DNA of 64,000 nt from Neoconidiobolus thromboides FSU 785 (Eukaryota > Fungi > Entomophthoromycota): the NCBI GenBank assembly GCA_025603075.1, contig MU626360.1, positions 1 through 64,000 of the forward strand, given 5' to 3'. A model generated the notes under the pieces. It had not been told where the DNA came from. It was given only the letters and a program-made list of their open reading frames with translations, and made no database searches. The position numbers were made by a program, and so were the translations under genes. This document shows positions 12,009 through 24,625 of this stretch, one piece after another (the first letter of the stretch is position 1; every line of letters starts with the position of its first letter).

Positions 12009-14060
12009 TTATATCTTAAAAGCTTGAAATAATAAATTGGCAGCATACTTCTCCTTTTTGTTGAAAAGATAGCGATCCAATGAACCAGCGGGTACTTTTA
12101 AAGTATCAATCTCTTTGAGTTTTAAGGAAGAATTCGAGCTTCCATTTTTTCTATAAAATGAAGGTGAGTAAATTTCATTCTTAGTGCTTTGTTCTTGTAA
12201 TAATTGGGTATAATGCTGGTATCTTAATAAATTTTCGTTATATGTAATTACTGGAGATTTCTGTGGATTTGATTCTGGACTTGAATTCGTGGATGAGCTA
12301 TTTTGAGTCAAAAAGTTTGATTTAAGCTCCAAATCAAGCATTGCTTTACCACTTTTGGGGGTTAGTTTATAGCTTAAAGTTTGATTTAAGTTTAGTACTT
12401 TTTTAATTTCTGACCTTGAAATGTTAATATTCGTAAAATTCACTAATTCCATTTCTTCCATTGAATTGTTCAATGAGTGATATGTAGAATCCCTGTCCTT
12501 CAATTGGTATTCCAATCGCTTGATTCGCTCTTTTTGCTGTTGATCCAATTTCTTATATTTCTCTATTTCTTCTAGTAAATACTGATTTGAATTTTGATTT
12601 TGGTATGTTATTAATTGTCCATAATCGCGCTGTAATAGTATTAATTTCTGTTTACTATGACTCAATTCTTGTTCTAAACACTTAATTCTTTTGATCAAAT
12701 AAGTTGAAGATTCGTCTATTGATATTAATATTAATACAAATAAATGTTTGAATAATATGAATTACCTCTTTTTATAATACTAGCCTCTTTTTCAACTGGG
12801 GCGGTGTTCTTTACTTCATTTGCGTTTATTGTTTCCTTCAATCTTACTATCTCATCTTTTAATTGTGCTATCAATTGTTTATCTTGGTAAGCATCGTCGA
12901 TTTTGTTTTTATGAGGGTTAAGTTGAATCTTCTTAGCCCTTGTTGCATAGTTTAGTGTATTCTAAAATAAATACCATTAATATTAGCAATTGATATAGCT
13001 TCAATTATTTACCAGCGTTTCATGATAATCCAATCGGTTATTATTGATACATGCTACCATTATCATCATATTTTTCTCTCCTAGACTATCTTGCAATAGT
13101 CGAGTTAATTTACTATCTAAATAACGTTAGTAAAAGAACCAAGCACAATAGTATTTTATACCTCTATACGGAATGTGATTTTTTTTATTTTTTGACTTTA
13201 CAGAAAGTGCATTGATGACATTACCTAAGGCTAAAAGTCCAGAATTAATAAAAATTCCCTCTTTTAGTTGGAGGTCTACAGCCCCAGTTTTAGTAATCTA
13301 GGTGATAAGAAACAATAGTTAATACCTAAATAAAGAGGAATTCAAATATAAAATATACCCTTTCCGATCCTGCCAAATCTACAAAATTGAGTTTGGAGCA
13401 AACTTTTGTAGTAGTATTAAATAGCTGTAGTGAAAAAATAGCATGCGATCTCGAAGAGATATGATTTTTATTTGTGGATCCAGTAGCCCGATTTTCAATC
13501 CCAAACTTTAAACAATCCAATATTTCTTCTAAATTATGACATTGGAACTCTTTAGCATTATACCAAATAATATTGCCATTTTTGTCTTGCCTTATTAATA
13601 TTTCCTCTTCCACATTATCTTGACTATTGAAGTTGTATAACAAATCTTTTACTTTTTCATTATAAACTTCTAAAAATTGAATTTTAATGCTATACTCTTT
13701 TAACTTTGGTAATAAATCAATAATAAAATTTTGAATTAGCCCATATTTCTGAATTTCTTGATGTTCAGTCGAGGTCCCTAAAGTGTACGTTTTCCCAGTA
13801 CTCGTTTGTCCATACGTAAATAATGTTAAATTATATCCTTCAAGCATATTGTTTATGTATGGTTTCAAAACACCTTGATAAATTTGTCGTTGATTTTGGT
13901 ATTGAAATATTTTATCAAAAGAATATTTTAATGCACCGGCGTTTAAATCATTAGGTGACTTGATGATTATCTCTTTATCATCGTGGTTGATAAAATTAAG
14001 GTCATCTATCCTTGTACTTCTTATTCTTAAATAAACTTTGATTTTAAGGGAATTAGTCAT
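12009..14060 (-). CDS. Kinesin motor protein with N-terminal motor domain and coiled-coil tail (spliced)
   Basis: IKVYLRIR, P-loop [11 protein letters not shown], switch I SSRSHAIF, switch [11 protein letters not shown]; later exons [24 protein letters not shown]|[25 protein letters not shown]; then coiled-coil ORF 12009-12698. Confidence 0.9.
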
Positions 14061-14901
14061 TGTAATATTAAATTTAAAAATAAACTATCAAGCTCTTAAT
14101 CATTTTATTTAGTACTATTTGTTTTTTATTTACTCGTTTCATAACTGTTATGTTTTTAGTTAACTTTCAAAACGAGATTTATTTTAAGTAACTAAAATCC
14201 AATCAATTTGCATCTACTTTGCTTTTTACTGGCTAACTATTTATTTACTATTCAAAATATTAATTCAAACAATTATAAATTCAAAGCATCTAGAACAATC
14301 AACTATATCATTTTACTTCAAGTTTTCAAATACAACTTTTTAAAGCTTGATCTTTTAAAACCTTTTCCTATATAACTTTTTTGAAACAAATGTGGATTTG
14401 GCTTTTAGAACCAAATCAATAGATAATGCTAAATATGGTAAATCAAAAAAATTAATAGAAGCCAATTAAACCATTTGTACTTTGCAGCTGATAAAACTCT
14501 ACCCCAAATATTTTAGACAAGTTTGACAATAAGTATTAAAAACATTTGTTATAAATAAGTAGTAAAGGGTTTTTCGCAACCCTTCTTTCGTATTTAAAAA
14601 AATACTTACAAGCTAATTCTATAAAAACTAGTTTCAGAATAAGCTGAATTTCAGCTAAGAATTACTATCTAAAGCAATATACTGCAATACTATAAAGCTT
14701 ATTGTAAACGCAGTGAATTTTACAATACATTTGATATTTAGGACAAATTTTCTTTGGTGGTTATTTCCTAAATTTACCTGAATCATATAACATTGAATTT
14801 TAGCAAGTGTATAATAATCTTTTAAAAATTTACAAAAGGAATCCACTTTGATGCAAAGTTAAAATAAGTATTAATATTTTATTATTAATTGTTTAATTAA
14901 A

Positions 14902-14974
14902 GCCTTCTTGGCTCAGTTGGCAGAGCGTCCGCCTAGTAAGCGGAAGGTCATTGGTTCGATTCCGATAGAAGGCA
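14902..14974 (+). tRNA. tRNA-Thr (AGU)
   Basis: Acceptor stem GCCTTCT/AGAAGGC; anticodon arm TCCGC-CT AGT AA-GCGGA; T loop GGTTCGATTCC; 73 nt. Confidence 0.95.
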
Positions 14975-15952
14975 TATTCATATTTTCTTTTTACTGATTT
15001 TCACCCTACCAGCCTGTCTCAATAAAACTTTTAAGCTTTTATAGTTTTTTTTCGACAATAATCGAAAGTGGACAAGATTAAAATCTAGTACAAAAGTTTT
15101 TCAGTTAAAACTACACTAATCTTAATTATGATATTTTGCAATCATAAAATTTTTTCAAAGTTTGGTTAATATTTTTTAAAACAGCTATAATAGGACAAAA
15201 AGCCTGTAAATGCTGAGATTTTATGGTCACACAGTATTTGTAGCTTATTACTATAAAAGCTTTTTATCGTAGTAATTTTATTTTAAATTTATATAGAATA
15301 AGATTTTCGGCAACTTTAAATAAAAGATTCAACAATAACATCACATCTATTTACTTTTAAAGTTAAAATTGTGAAGCCTGGTACTCAATGATTGGAGTCA
15401 AAAACAGCTATTGCCTGGTTGACTACACTGTAAGTCGAAAGGTCTTAGTTCATGTGACTAATATAGACTTAGATTATGAAGAATACCACATAATAGGCTA
15501 CAGACCATGTAAAACAAATACAATAGACAATACTAATATAAAATCTACGTAAAATACTATTAAGTAAACTTAGTGGCTTTATTAAATGTACGAGATATCA
15601 GGGAATAATTTAGTTAAAAAGCCTCGGAGCTACTATGTTCTAGGGTCTCTTTTATATTCCAACAAGTATGGATATCAAAACGGGGAGATAATATCCTTCG
15701 GAGTCATGGGATAGAAATTCACATAACAAATCAAAATAAGAGCATGGGATTGATTGCCTTTAAACTAGAGAGCATAATAGCTTAGGTGATTATTGTGCTA
15801 TAGTTAACCATGAGGCTGACAAAGTGATATTTCACAACTAAACATACTTTTTTAAATGTTAGTATAGAATTTACGCAATTTATACAATTTTTTTAAAAGA
15901 CTTTTTTATTGCTATATTTATTTTGTTTTCAAGTAATTTTTCTTAATTATAT

Positions 15953-16049
15953 GAGGCTGTTTTTTTTAGTTTCATTATTTTTCCATTTTTTAAGCGCTAT
16001 TTGAGTGGAAAGATTGTAGTAAAATTCTTAAACAAAAAAACACATCCCC
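15953..16049 (+). mobile_element. MITE-like element copy 7
   Basis: GAGGCTGT...ACATCCCC, flanks ATAT/ATAT; nearly identical to copy 13. Confidence 0.9.
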
Positions 16050-16066
16050 ATATACTAAATTCACAT

Positions 16067-16160
16067 GGTGATGTTTTTTTGTGTTTAAAAACTTTACCAA
16101 CAGTTTTTCCACCCAAATAGTGCTTAAAGAATAAAAAGGTGAGGTCAAAAAAACACCTTC
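16067..16160 (-). mobile_element. MITE-like element copy 8
   Basis: GGTGATGT...ACACCTTC; 17 bp from copy 7, opposite orientation. Confidence 0.8.
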
Positions 16161-16471
16161 GTATATTAAAGCTATAGTCAATAATAATCCTATTTATTAG
16201 CTTTCGTTTCTTGTTTTCTTTAAACCATTAATTTTATACATTACTTGATTAAGTTTATTATTGATAATAATAAACTTTAATCATCTTTATTTTATTTTAT
16301 TTTGTTACAGAATCCTATAAATTTTGGATTATTATAAATACCTGTTAAAATTAATATAAGTGAATTATAATATTTATTAAAAATCCAATAAGAATAAAAC
16401 AATTAAAATAAGTTTTTTAAGTTAAACTTTTTTTTATTCGATTTAAGCTTTTTAAATTCAACTAACTATAC

Positions 16472-16634
16472 AGCGGTGTTTTTCCTGATTCATCACTTTT
16501 TCCATTTTTTTAAAGCACTGTTTGGGTGGAAAGGCTGTCAGTAAAATCCTCAAATATATTAAAGACTTGTAAATTTAAAGCTCAAAACCTAGGTTAATTT
16601 TTAAATAAATTCCGGAACTGATTTGGACATCCCC
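16472..16634 (+). mobile_element. MITE-like element copy 9, long variant with about 65 extra internal bases
   Basis: AGCGGTGT, family core to about 16553, unrelated sequence, then ACATCCCC at 16627-16634; flanks ATAC/ATAT. Confidence 0.65.
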
Positions 16635-16656
16635 ATATGAACTAAAATTAGTATAT

Positions 16657-16754
16657 GGGGATGTTTTTTTTGTCTCCATTACTTTTTCCATTTTTAAGCG
16701 CTATTTGGGTGGAAAAATTATTATCAAAATTTTTGAACGAAAAAATATATCACC
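16657..16754 (+). mobile_element. MITE-like element copy 10
   Basis: GGGGATGT...ATATCACC, flanks ATAT/ATAT. Confidence 0.85.
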
Positions 16755-17360
16755 ATATTTTATATTAATTATAAATTAAGTATGCTTTTAGATTGATTTA
16801 TTACTAGTTTAAATACATAAAACCTACTGGTTTAAAACTAATAATATACATGATTGCCTTATGAGTTATAGATTGCTTTTATTAAATATAAATTATAAAG
16901 TGAATAATAAAATCAAAATAATCCATCTATGTAGATTTTATGACTTATATTTTTAATTGGTTTTTTTATATCAAGTCTTATGATCTATTTATTCAATTTT
17001 TAATCTGATAAAGGATTCATTGCAAATTTGAATATCCCGTATCTAATCGTTATATTATTATCCAAGGATTTATCTTTATTTGATTTTTTTCACTGATAAT
17101 CTTGCAAGTATAAAAAAGAGAAAAAATATAAATTAAAAATTTCGGGCAAGTGTTAAAATAAGGTGTCAAAAATTCTAAAAGCAAGGATTAACTAAAAATA
17201 GCTATTATAATGACTACATAGTTTATCTCTGATACTTCATAGCCTTATTACGTTATTTGTTAATTGATTAATGTTGCTATTTACTCATAAATTTGTGCAA
17301 TTTAAATTATTTAGAGTAAAGTGCGAAGTTAAAAGATATTAATATTTATGAATTTGAATA

Positions 17361-18407
17361 TTAAATAGATAGTTTATTAAAACACTTTAATTTACAGTCA
17401 AAGAACCTTGTATCTAGAAACGTTTCTTTTTTCTTTAACAAAAAATAGCCTCTAGTTTGATTAGTTGTTGAATCTAAACTTAACATTGAATCAAATAGCA
17501 ATTTTAAGTCTACAAAAAATGGAGGGTATTTAAACCTAATTGTTTCAAGAGTTAGATCTAAATACAAAATTAGATATACTAATTTAGTTTACCTAGCCAT
17601 ATCTAAAACTAATACTTTATCAGTAATGGGATCATAAGCTGCGATTGGTGAAAAATGGCCTGTCCCTGTTTGACCTAAGGTTTTACGATAAAAATTTAAA
17701 ACTAAGCTTTCATTTTGTGAGCTACAAACTCTTTTTATATCTAAGCGAAATTTTTCTAAATCTAGGTTATCTCCACGCTGGCTTTGAACCTTGCAATGTC
17801 TTTTAGAAATACCTAAAAAAAGAACTTTTAGTATATAGACTGTAATATGATACTTTTACTTACAATGAAATTGATCAAACGTTACACCATTTTTTAGTAT
17901 ATATTCTGTAGGTATACATGCTTCCTCTAATACAACACCTTCATCATACCTAATGAATAAAGTATTATTAAGCTGCTATTTTTAATATATAACTAGTTAC
18001 CATCTCCAAACTCCTTTCCATTGTTTTAAAGGATCGATCCCCAAAGCGTTTAAGCACATTACTAGAGAGCTTACACCACAAACTAAAAATTATAAGCTGA
18101 AGTTTTAAGTATTTGGGATAATATTACATGCAGGTTCACTTTGAAAAGAGAAATGGCCAACTGTATTAAAATAAGCTTCGGTATATCCAGATTTCATAGA
18201 GTTTTTGAAGTGATCTTTTCCTTCTTTACTACTCAAAGCTATTAAGTGTTTTGGTAATGGTTTTTGATAGTAACTCAGTGGTATATCTTTATTATTATCT
18301 GTAGCTAATTTGGCAGCGATCGGCGAACTTGTAAAAACATTGTTTGTATGTTGTAGGATGGTCGATAAACTAGATATTCTCTTAGTGGTCTGTTTTAACG
18401 AATTCAT
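17361..18407 (-). CDS. PCS: Phytochelatin synthase (catalytic domain only, about 280 aa, 5 exons)
   Basis: YYQKPLPKHLIALSSKEGK...FQSEPA|FCGVSSLVMCLNALGIDPLKQWKGVWRW|...GQTGTGHFSPIAAYD...VLVLDMAR|FKYPPFFV...RGYFLL. Catalytic Cys, His and Asp present; GT-AG introns located. Confidence 0.92.
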
Positions 18408-19823
18408 ATTTTAATAAATAGTTAGTTGATATAAAAAATAAAAAGAGATAAAATTTTGATTTATTAATAAATCAATTTTCTTTTATAGCTTAGCATTATC
18501 AGTTTTTCTATTATCTGATTTTTTTTATTCGATTTAAGCCAATTATTTTGATGTAACTTGATAAGTTAATTACAATGTGATTTAAGTTGATTCATCTGAT
18601 AATTTTTTTCATCTGATAATTTTTCATCAGATATCTTTGTAGAACCCAGCTTAATTTTATAATAAATAAAACTTAAAAATTAATCTTACTGAATAAAGGT
18701 ATTGTTTACATATTATAAATTGTTAAACCAATATTAATAGAAATATGATTTAAATTGCCATTTTATATCAAAGTGTATCTAAATTAGTAATAACTGCCTA
18801 TAAGTAGATAGGCTCTCTAGGTCTATTAAGCTTGATTATAATCTCTTAATATTAAAGTTATCAGATATAATCAACAGCAGTTTATTAGTAAAACAACTAC
18901 TAATAAGATCTTAAACCAATTATGAAGTTATAATTCTTTGATATAAGTTAAAAATATCAGTACAAGTATAAAATGACCCATATTAAATAAACCAATAGCT
19001 TTAACGTATAACTGCGTTTTTTACCTATTTCCTTTTTTGCTATTTTAAAAGTTGAAATTGATCTGCTAATGCAACTATTTAAGTTCAAATGTGCGCTAAT
19101 AAATGGCAAATTTTGTAATTGATTATTTGCTTATCATAATAGCTTGACACCTACTATCTAATTCTTGTTTTAAAACAAGCAATTAGCTAATACTTAACCA
19201 AGTTTGAACAGGATACTGTTCAATTAACTTCTAAACTTAAAGAAATAGCAAAAAAGGACAATCAGTAAAAAATATACCCATATGTATAATTTAACTTATA
19301 GCCACACCAATTACTTGCAAAATTAAGAATGACTTCATTTGTAAGATAGATTTTTAGAATTGTAATATCAAATTTTTATCTGTTGAATATCAGATTAAAA
19401 GTATAGACGGAACTTTATATTTATATTAAGTATTTTAAAAAATATCAGTGGTCAAAAAAATATATAATATTTCACCTGCTTGCAAATTTTGTTTTCTGTT
19501 TAAAGAAAAAGGTTTTTTAAATAAGTTTATTTGTAAGCTTTTACTATAGCTTTGTATCATTAAATGTACCAACAAAGTATAAGCCATACAATTTATATTT
19601 GATACTTGAATACAATATTTATTTACAATTAAGGCTAAATTTTCAAGTTCTTATTTATTACAATATAGCATTATTTTGCATCATTTTGGAAATAATGATT
19701 GATTCATGTTTTTTATCATTATAAAAGGAATAATCTCATATTATCATCATTAGAATTAGATGGATATATAACTTATGTTAAAGTTAAATTGATAAAAAAG
19801 TTATTTTGAAAAAGCCAATGAAC

Positions 19824-19920
19824 GGGGATGTATTTTTGTGTTTAAGAATTTTACTAACAAATTTTCCATTCAAATAGTGCTTAAAAGATGGAAAAAGCGA
19901 TGAAGCTAAAAAACACCCCC
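19824..19920 (-). mobile_element. MITE-like element copy 11
   Basis: GGGGATGT...ACACCCCC; flanks GAAC/AAAT (TSD degenerate). Confidence 0.85.
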
Positions 19921-20055
19921 AAATACAGAAGTGATTAAAAATGATTAAGGGAAAAAATAAAATACTAAAAGCAGACTTTAGGTAAAAACAGCTGCACGAA
20001 TTGTAAGTCATTGTTTACAGTTTTAACCTAGTTCATTTTCAAGAGTAAAAGTAAC

Positions 20056-20119
20056 TTCCTCATGGGGAATCGAAGCCCAATCGCTCTGGTGAAAGCGAAA
20101 AACATCAGCCATTAGACCT
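20056..20119 (-). pseudogene. tRNA-Glu (UUC) relic, 5' acceptor strand missing
   Basis: Minus strand reads GGTCTAATGGCT...TTTTCGCTTTCACCAGAGCG...GGGCTTCGATTCCCC ATGAGGA A: D-arm, CT-TTC-AC anticodon loop, T-arm and 3' acceptor strand are present. No complementary 5' strand; anticodon stem mismatched. Confidence 0.6.
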
Positions 20120-20613
20120 TTAATCTGTTTCAGTCTACCAATAAACGTTTACATGCCTTTTGACTCGGTTTCCTATACTTTGATAACAACTTAATCCACT
20201 TAACTAACCTTCAGTTAAATCCCAACTACTGGACCATAAAGAGCTAATATTAATGTTAAAAGTTTAATATAGCCTGTTTTTGAAATAAAGTTAATTAAAT
20301 ATTTTAGCCATTGGAGTTTATGTATTCCTTCTAGGTTTTTAAATAGAAAGCGTTCTAAACTCTTTTAAGAATATGACATTTTACATTATTTAGCTTGACA
20401 ATGGTACTAATATTCGATTTTGTACTATTTATATACTTAATTATATATATATTAGATATTTATAAGCTAATATTTTGAAGAATGTTAAAAGGTAACAAAG
20501 TTTAGATAATACTCATGACTAAATAATGGATAATAATAAAACAGATAAAGTAAGATATATAATTATTTATTTTTTTCAAAAAAAGGCTATTTAACAAATG
20601 CAAACAAGCGAAC

Positions 20614-21528
20614 TTAGCAAAAGTTGCTATCGATCAAAATACCAAAATACTCTACATGCGAAGGAAGGTCTAATACAACCCTAGGTACACCAAGGGAACA
20701 GTTAGGATCTTCTAAGGCTGTGTTAGAACAATAGTGAGGCCCCCTTCTATCTAAGTAAATTTCGTTACCATGATGGGTATAATCCAAGACTATTCTTGGA
20801 GGGAGCCTTGGTATCAAGTCAGCAAACTGAACTACTCGCGCTGTTTTTAACGGTTTTGAGTTATACCATCTAGCAAAATTGGAGTTCCCTACACGCGTTT
20901 GGCCATAAGTGAATAAGGAAATACGTTCCCAATCCAAGTCAAGGACAGCTTGGGTTCTAGCAGCTGCTAGAGAAGCTATCGAGCCACCCATAGAATGGCC
21001 AATGAATTTTATATTGTAATTCTTGTACTCTTCTTGTTGTAGCAATGAATCAATGATTTCCAAAAACTGTTTAGATACAGAATCCATTGCTCGATAAATA
21101 CCAAGATGAACACGTATTTTGGTATCTCCAGCGTCTGGGAATTGAGTGTTTAATAGATAAGTGGTATCCAATAGGTTACTGATACTATTTAACCCACGAA
21201 ATACTATAAATATTGATTTATCGTCTTCATCAATACCTACATAGCCTTGAATTTCAAATAAAAAGTCACTAAACGCTTGTATAAATTTTGTATTTGGAAG
21301 AGTATCACATAACCTACAATCCCAGTTTTTTATTTTATTAGGGTTGCATAGACCACTAGCCGCGTACCATACATTTCTTTTGGCTTCTTTTATAGTCGCT
21401 CTTTTAGTAACATATTTTAGACCCAAGCTATGATCTGCTATAGCTAAATCGTATATCTCTTCAGAGGTTATTAATTGGGAATATATAGTGTGAAAAGTTA
21501 AAAAGAATAAAAATAGAAGGGAGTTCAT
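20614..21528 (-). CDS. Secreted class 3 (Rhizomucor-type) triacylglycerol lipase
   Basis: Signal peptide; IVFRG; VHLGIY; nucleophile motif GHSMGG; TYGQTRVGN..FA; DLIPRLPP; YTHHGNEIY; Cys pair near the C-terminus. Intronless. Confidence 0.92.
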   Translation of the reverse strand: MNSLLFLFFLTFHTIYSQLITSEEIYDLAIADHSLGLKYVTKRATIKEAKRNVWYAASGLCNPNKIKNWDCRLCDTLPNTKFIQAFSDFLFEIQGYVGIDEDDKSIFIVFRGLNSISNLLDTTYLLNTQFPDAGDTKIRVHLGIYRAMDSVSKQFLEIIDSLLQQEEYKNYNIKFIGHSMGGSIASLAAARTQAVLDLDWERISLFTYGQTRVGNSNFARWYNSKPLKTARVVQFADLIPRLPPRIVLDYTHHGNEIYLDRRGPHYCSNTALEDPNCSLGVPRVVLDLPSHVEYFGILIDSNFC

Positions 21529-22827
21529 TATTAATTAGATAAACTTATTTCTTTTCTCAAAAAAATAATCAAAAGTTATGATAAATAAAAGAATTGAAGT
21601 ATTATATATATATTAATTACTTCTTTAATCTAGTGCCATGCTTTCCGTTATTTAAACTGCTCTCAATATTAAAACTCAACATTTCTTTCAACGGGTAGAA
21701 TTTGCTACTCTATTTTTGGAAACTGAGCATTAATCGGTTTAAATTTCGAGTATACAGTTACTTCAACTCTATTTAACTTAATTTGCGAAGACTTTTAGAA
21801 CTGATTATTTGTTTATTTAGCTTCTTTTAACCTTAATTTGCAAACTTGGTATATTTTATCTAAAAAAATTCTTAAATGAACAGTTAAATATGTCACAATA
21901 AAGTTGCATCAATTGAAATTATTAAAGGAATATTAATTGGTAGTTAAAAATATCACTCTACGTTACAATCTAGAAATTGAGATTGAAAATTTAATGCTCC
22001 TATTAAACAAGTTGACATTAAATATAGCCATCATTTTCAAGGCAATTTTTAAAATGGAATTCAATGTTTAAAGATGTTCTGGCCTTCAAATCCAAAGTTT
22101 CTTTGGTAAGCCTTATATATCCTTTAACTACTATCGATTCTATACTATTTGAACATTAAACTGACTAAAAATCACTTTTACAATGTCATCATTAAAATGC
22201 TTTTTATTACAATTAATGCCTATTTATAGGTTTATTTTCTAATGAGAAAGTTTATGTCAAGAACTATACAAAGCACATATTAGCTAAATTAGTACCCCAA
22301 TCATTTATGCCTTATATTATTGAATTTGTACTTAAAAAGTAGATAAAATACTAAAGAAATTATGTTATAACCTATATAATAGGACAACATATTTCAATTT
22401 GATTTTATAATATATCTGTAATTGAATTAACTTATATTCAAATCTACCTTATAATTACTATAATGACTCAGACATTTAAGAAGCAAAACTTTTAAAGTCG
22501 AACATTCACTAAGTTTAACTCCATATAAACTTGAAAGTTTTATCATCACAAAACTAATGTACAAACTAAGAGATGATGCCAGTATTATGAAACTGAAGCA
22601 TTAAGGTGTTAATAAAACATTATTATCAGTAAATTTTAAAAGAATTTTTTATTAAGAAAAATGTTACAAGCTAAGCTTAATTTTTATTGATTTTTATTAT
22701 AATTCATACTGCTAATAGCTTATACTATTACTTTGTTATATAGATTTTTAAAATGATATAACAGCTAAAATATATATATTTGATGATGAAACTTGAGGAT
22801 GCTAAAAATAATTAATAACCAAAATAT

Positions 22828-22926
22828 GAAGATGTATTTTTGTGTTTAAGAATTTTACCAACAAATTTTCCACTTAAATAGCGCTTGAAAAATGGAAAAA
22901 ATAATGAAACTGAAAAAAACACTCCC
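22828..22926 (-). mobile_element. MITE-like element copy 12
   Basis: GAAGATGT...ACACTCCC, flanks ATAT/ATAT. Confidence 0.88.
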
Positions 22927-23968
22927 ATATTCTTCAAAAATGTCTTAATTATAGTTCTAGACAAATAAATATAAAAAAATACAAATGAAAAATAGTTGAT
23001 TTTTTATAGCTAATAATTAATTAAAATACAATAAAATTAAATAAAACCAAACTAGAATATAGTAACATTCAATAGTTACAAATATAAGAGGTTTTATTCC
23101 CAGGACCTTTATTTCCATGGTGTGTTTTTGATATTAGTAGATATGGCAAACATACACTATCTACTATTTCAAAACAATGTGATTTGTATTAAGTTTCAAA
23201 AAAATAAAGACAAAGCGTAATACATCATAATTACCTGATATTCGATATAAATTTCCGACCTAATGTTTATTTAAATAAACTATTTATTAGATCTTATTTT
23301 TATATTTTTTATGTAAACAAGATTAAATTAACCACAATGCTATGCCTGAATTTACGAATCAGAGATAAATTATTGTATTTACAATTATTAAATAATTCTC
23401 TTATTGTTTATCTTTACGTTATTTAAAAACTTTGAGTTATTTAACAGAATTTTGTACAAACTTTGTTTTGTAAGCTGTAATAGCTACTGGAAAGTAAATT
23501 AAAATAGTGCTAACAACCCAAAATTATAGTAATAAAATTAAAATCGAGATCATAAAAGAGAGATCATTTCAATGAAAGATGATTTCAAAATAAACTAAAA
23601 TATTTATTTGATGAAAAATAGGAGGTAAATAAAAGGTTAATTTAAACTAATCTAATATCATAGCAAATAGCATAAACATAAATTAAGGTAAAATACTAAA
23701 AACTTGCTTAAAAAAAAGATATAGAAATAATAAACAGTGGTGACAAAATGACGACATAAAGAAGGTCAGACGGCTAATAGGTGGATTTAGAAAAAATAAT
23801 AAATAAATAAACAAACATTTCACAACTAAAAATAACAAAATATTTATTATTATGAATCCTACAATTTATAACATTACACAAAACTTGAAAACAAAAAAAG
23901 TGAAAACACAACTCAAATGAGCTTACTAATAGATTATGATTTTAATTTTTTCCTCTATGATACCAAAA

Positions 23969-24625
23969 TTAGTGCAATAAGCTTATTCCAACCATTGATA
24001 AACTGAACAAAATCGAACTACAAATTGAAACTGCTGATGAGTCAACGTTGTTGAGGGCAGTATTCATTTTTTTGGATGTCACTACCAATACCACTGTAGA
24101 AGTAGATGAAATCTTTTTACCACCAATTTGAGTGGTTGTAACTCTAGTACTTGTTATTGTACTTTCACTATCGCTAGAATCCTTTGATTCCTTATCGCTA
24201 CTTTTATCGTCACTACTGGTTTTACTATTTTTATTATTTTTGCTATCGGTAGTAGTATTGCCCCCATTACTCGTACTAGTATTACTATCATCTGTGCTAG
24301 TCTCAACCTCTTTACTAGTTTTTTTTTGCGTGGTAGTTGAAGATTCGGACGAAGAAGACTCAGAGCTTTTGCTACCTCCACTTTTGGCATTTATATCTAC
24401 CCAATCAAACAAACATTTATTGTTGTCTCCATACTCAAAACAATGAAATACATCTTTGCTCTCTTGCTTCCAACATGGTGGACAATCGACAGTACATACA
24501 GAGCTTTTATCACCACCTCGGTAACACACTTTACCATTGGTATCTGGTATTGATAAGCCATTAATACCTATGACTAAGCTGGCATAATAGATTAAGCTAT
24601 TGGTAATAAAGGATTTAAACAACAT
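23969..24625 (-). CDS. Secreted, probably GPI-anchored surface protein: small 6-Cys domain plus Ser/Thr-rich stalk
   Basis: First ATG at 24625 (MLFKSF...), signal-like N-terminus; CYRGGDKSSVCTVDCPPCWKQESKDVFHCFEYGDNNKC; S/T/K/D-rich linker; hydrophobic C-terminus after NNVDSSA. Confidence 0.7.
   Translation of the reverse strand: MLFKSFITNSLIYYASLVIGINGLSIPDTNGKVCYRGGDKSSVCTVDCPPCWKQESKDVFHCFEYGDNNKCLFDWVDINAKSGGSKSSESSSSESSTTTQKKTSKEVETSTDDSNTSTSNGGNTTTDSKNNKNSKTSSDDKSSDKESKDSSDSESTITSTRVTTTQIGGKKISSTSTVVLVVTSKKMNTALNNVDSSAVSICSSILFSLSMVGISLLH

Noticed and set aside
14655-14846. 63-aa ORF, and the 89-aa ORF at 55776-56045
   Set aside because: Short, AT-rich, no motifs or splice support.
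15400-15850. Slightly GC-richer stretch that might be a decayed gene or TE (similar patches at 10390-10580, 32700-33000, 43130-43300, 62680-63000)
   Set aside because: No continuous frame or recognisable motif could be recovered by eye; tBLASTx would be needed.
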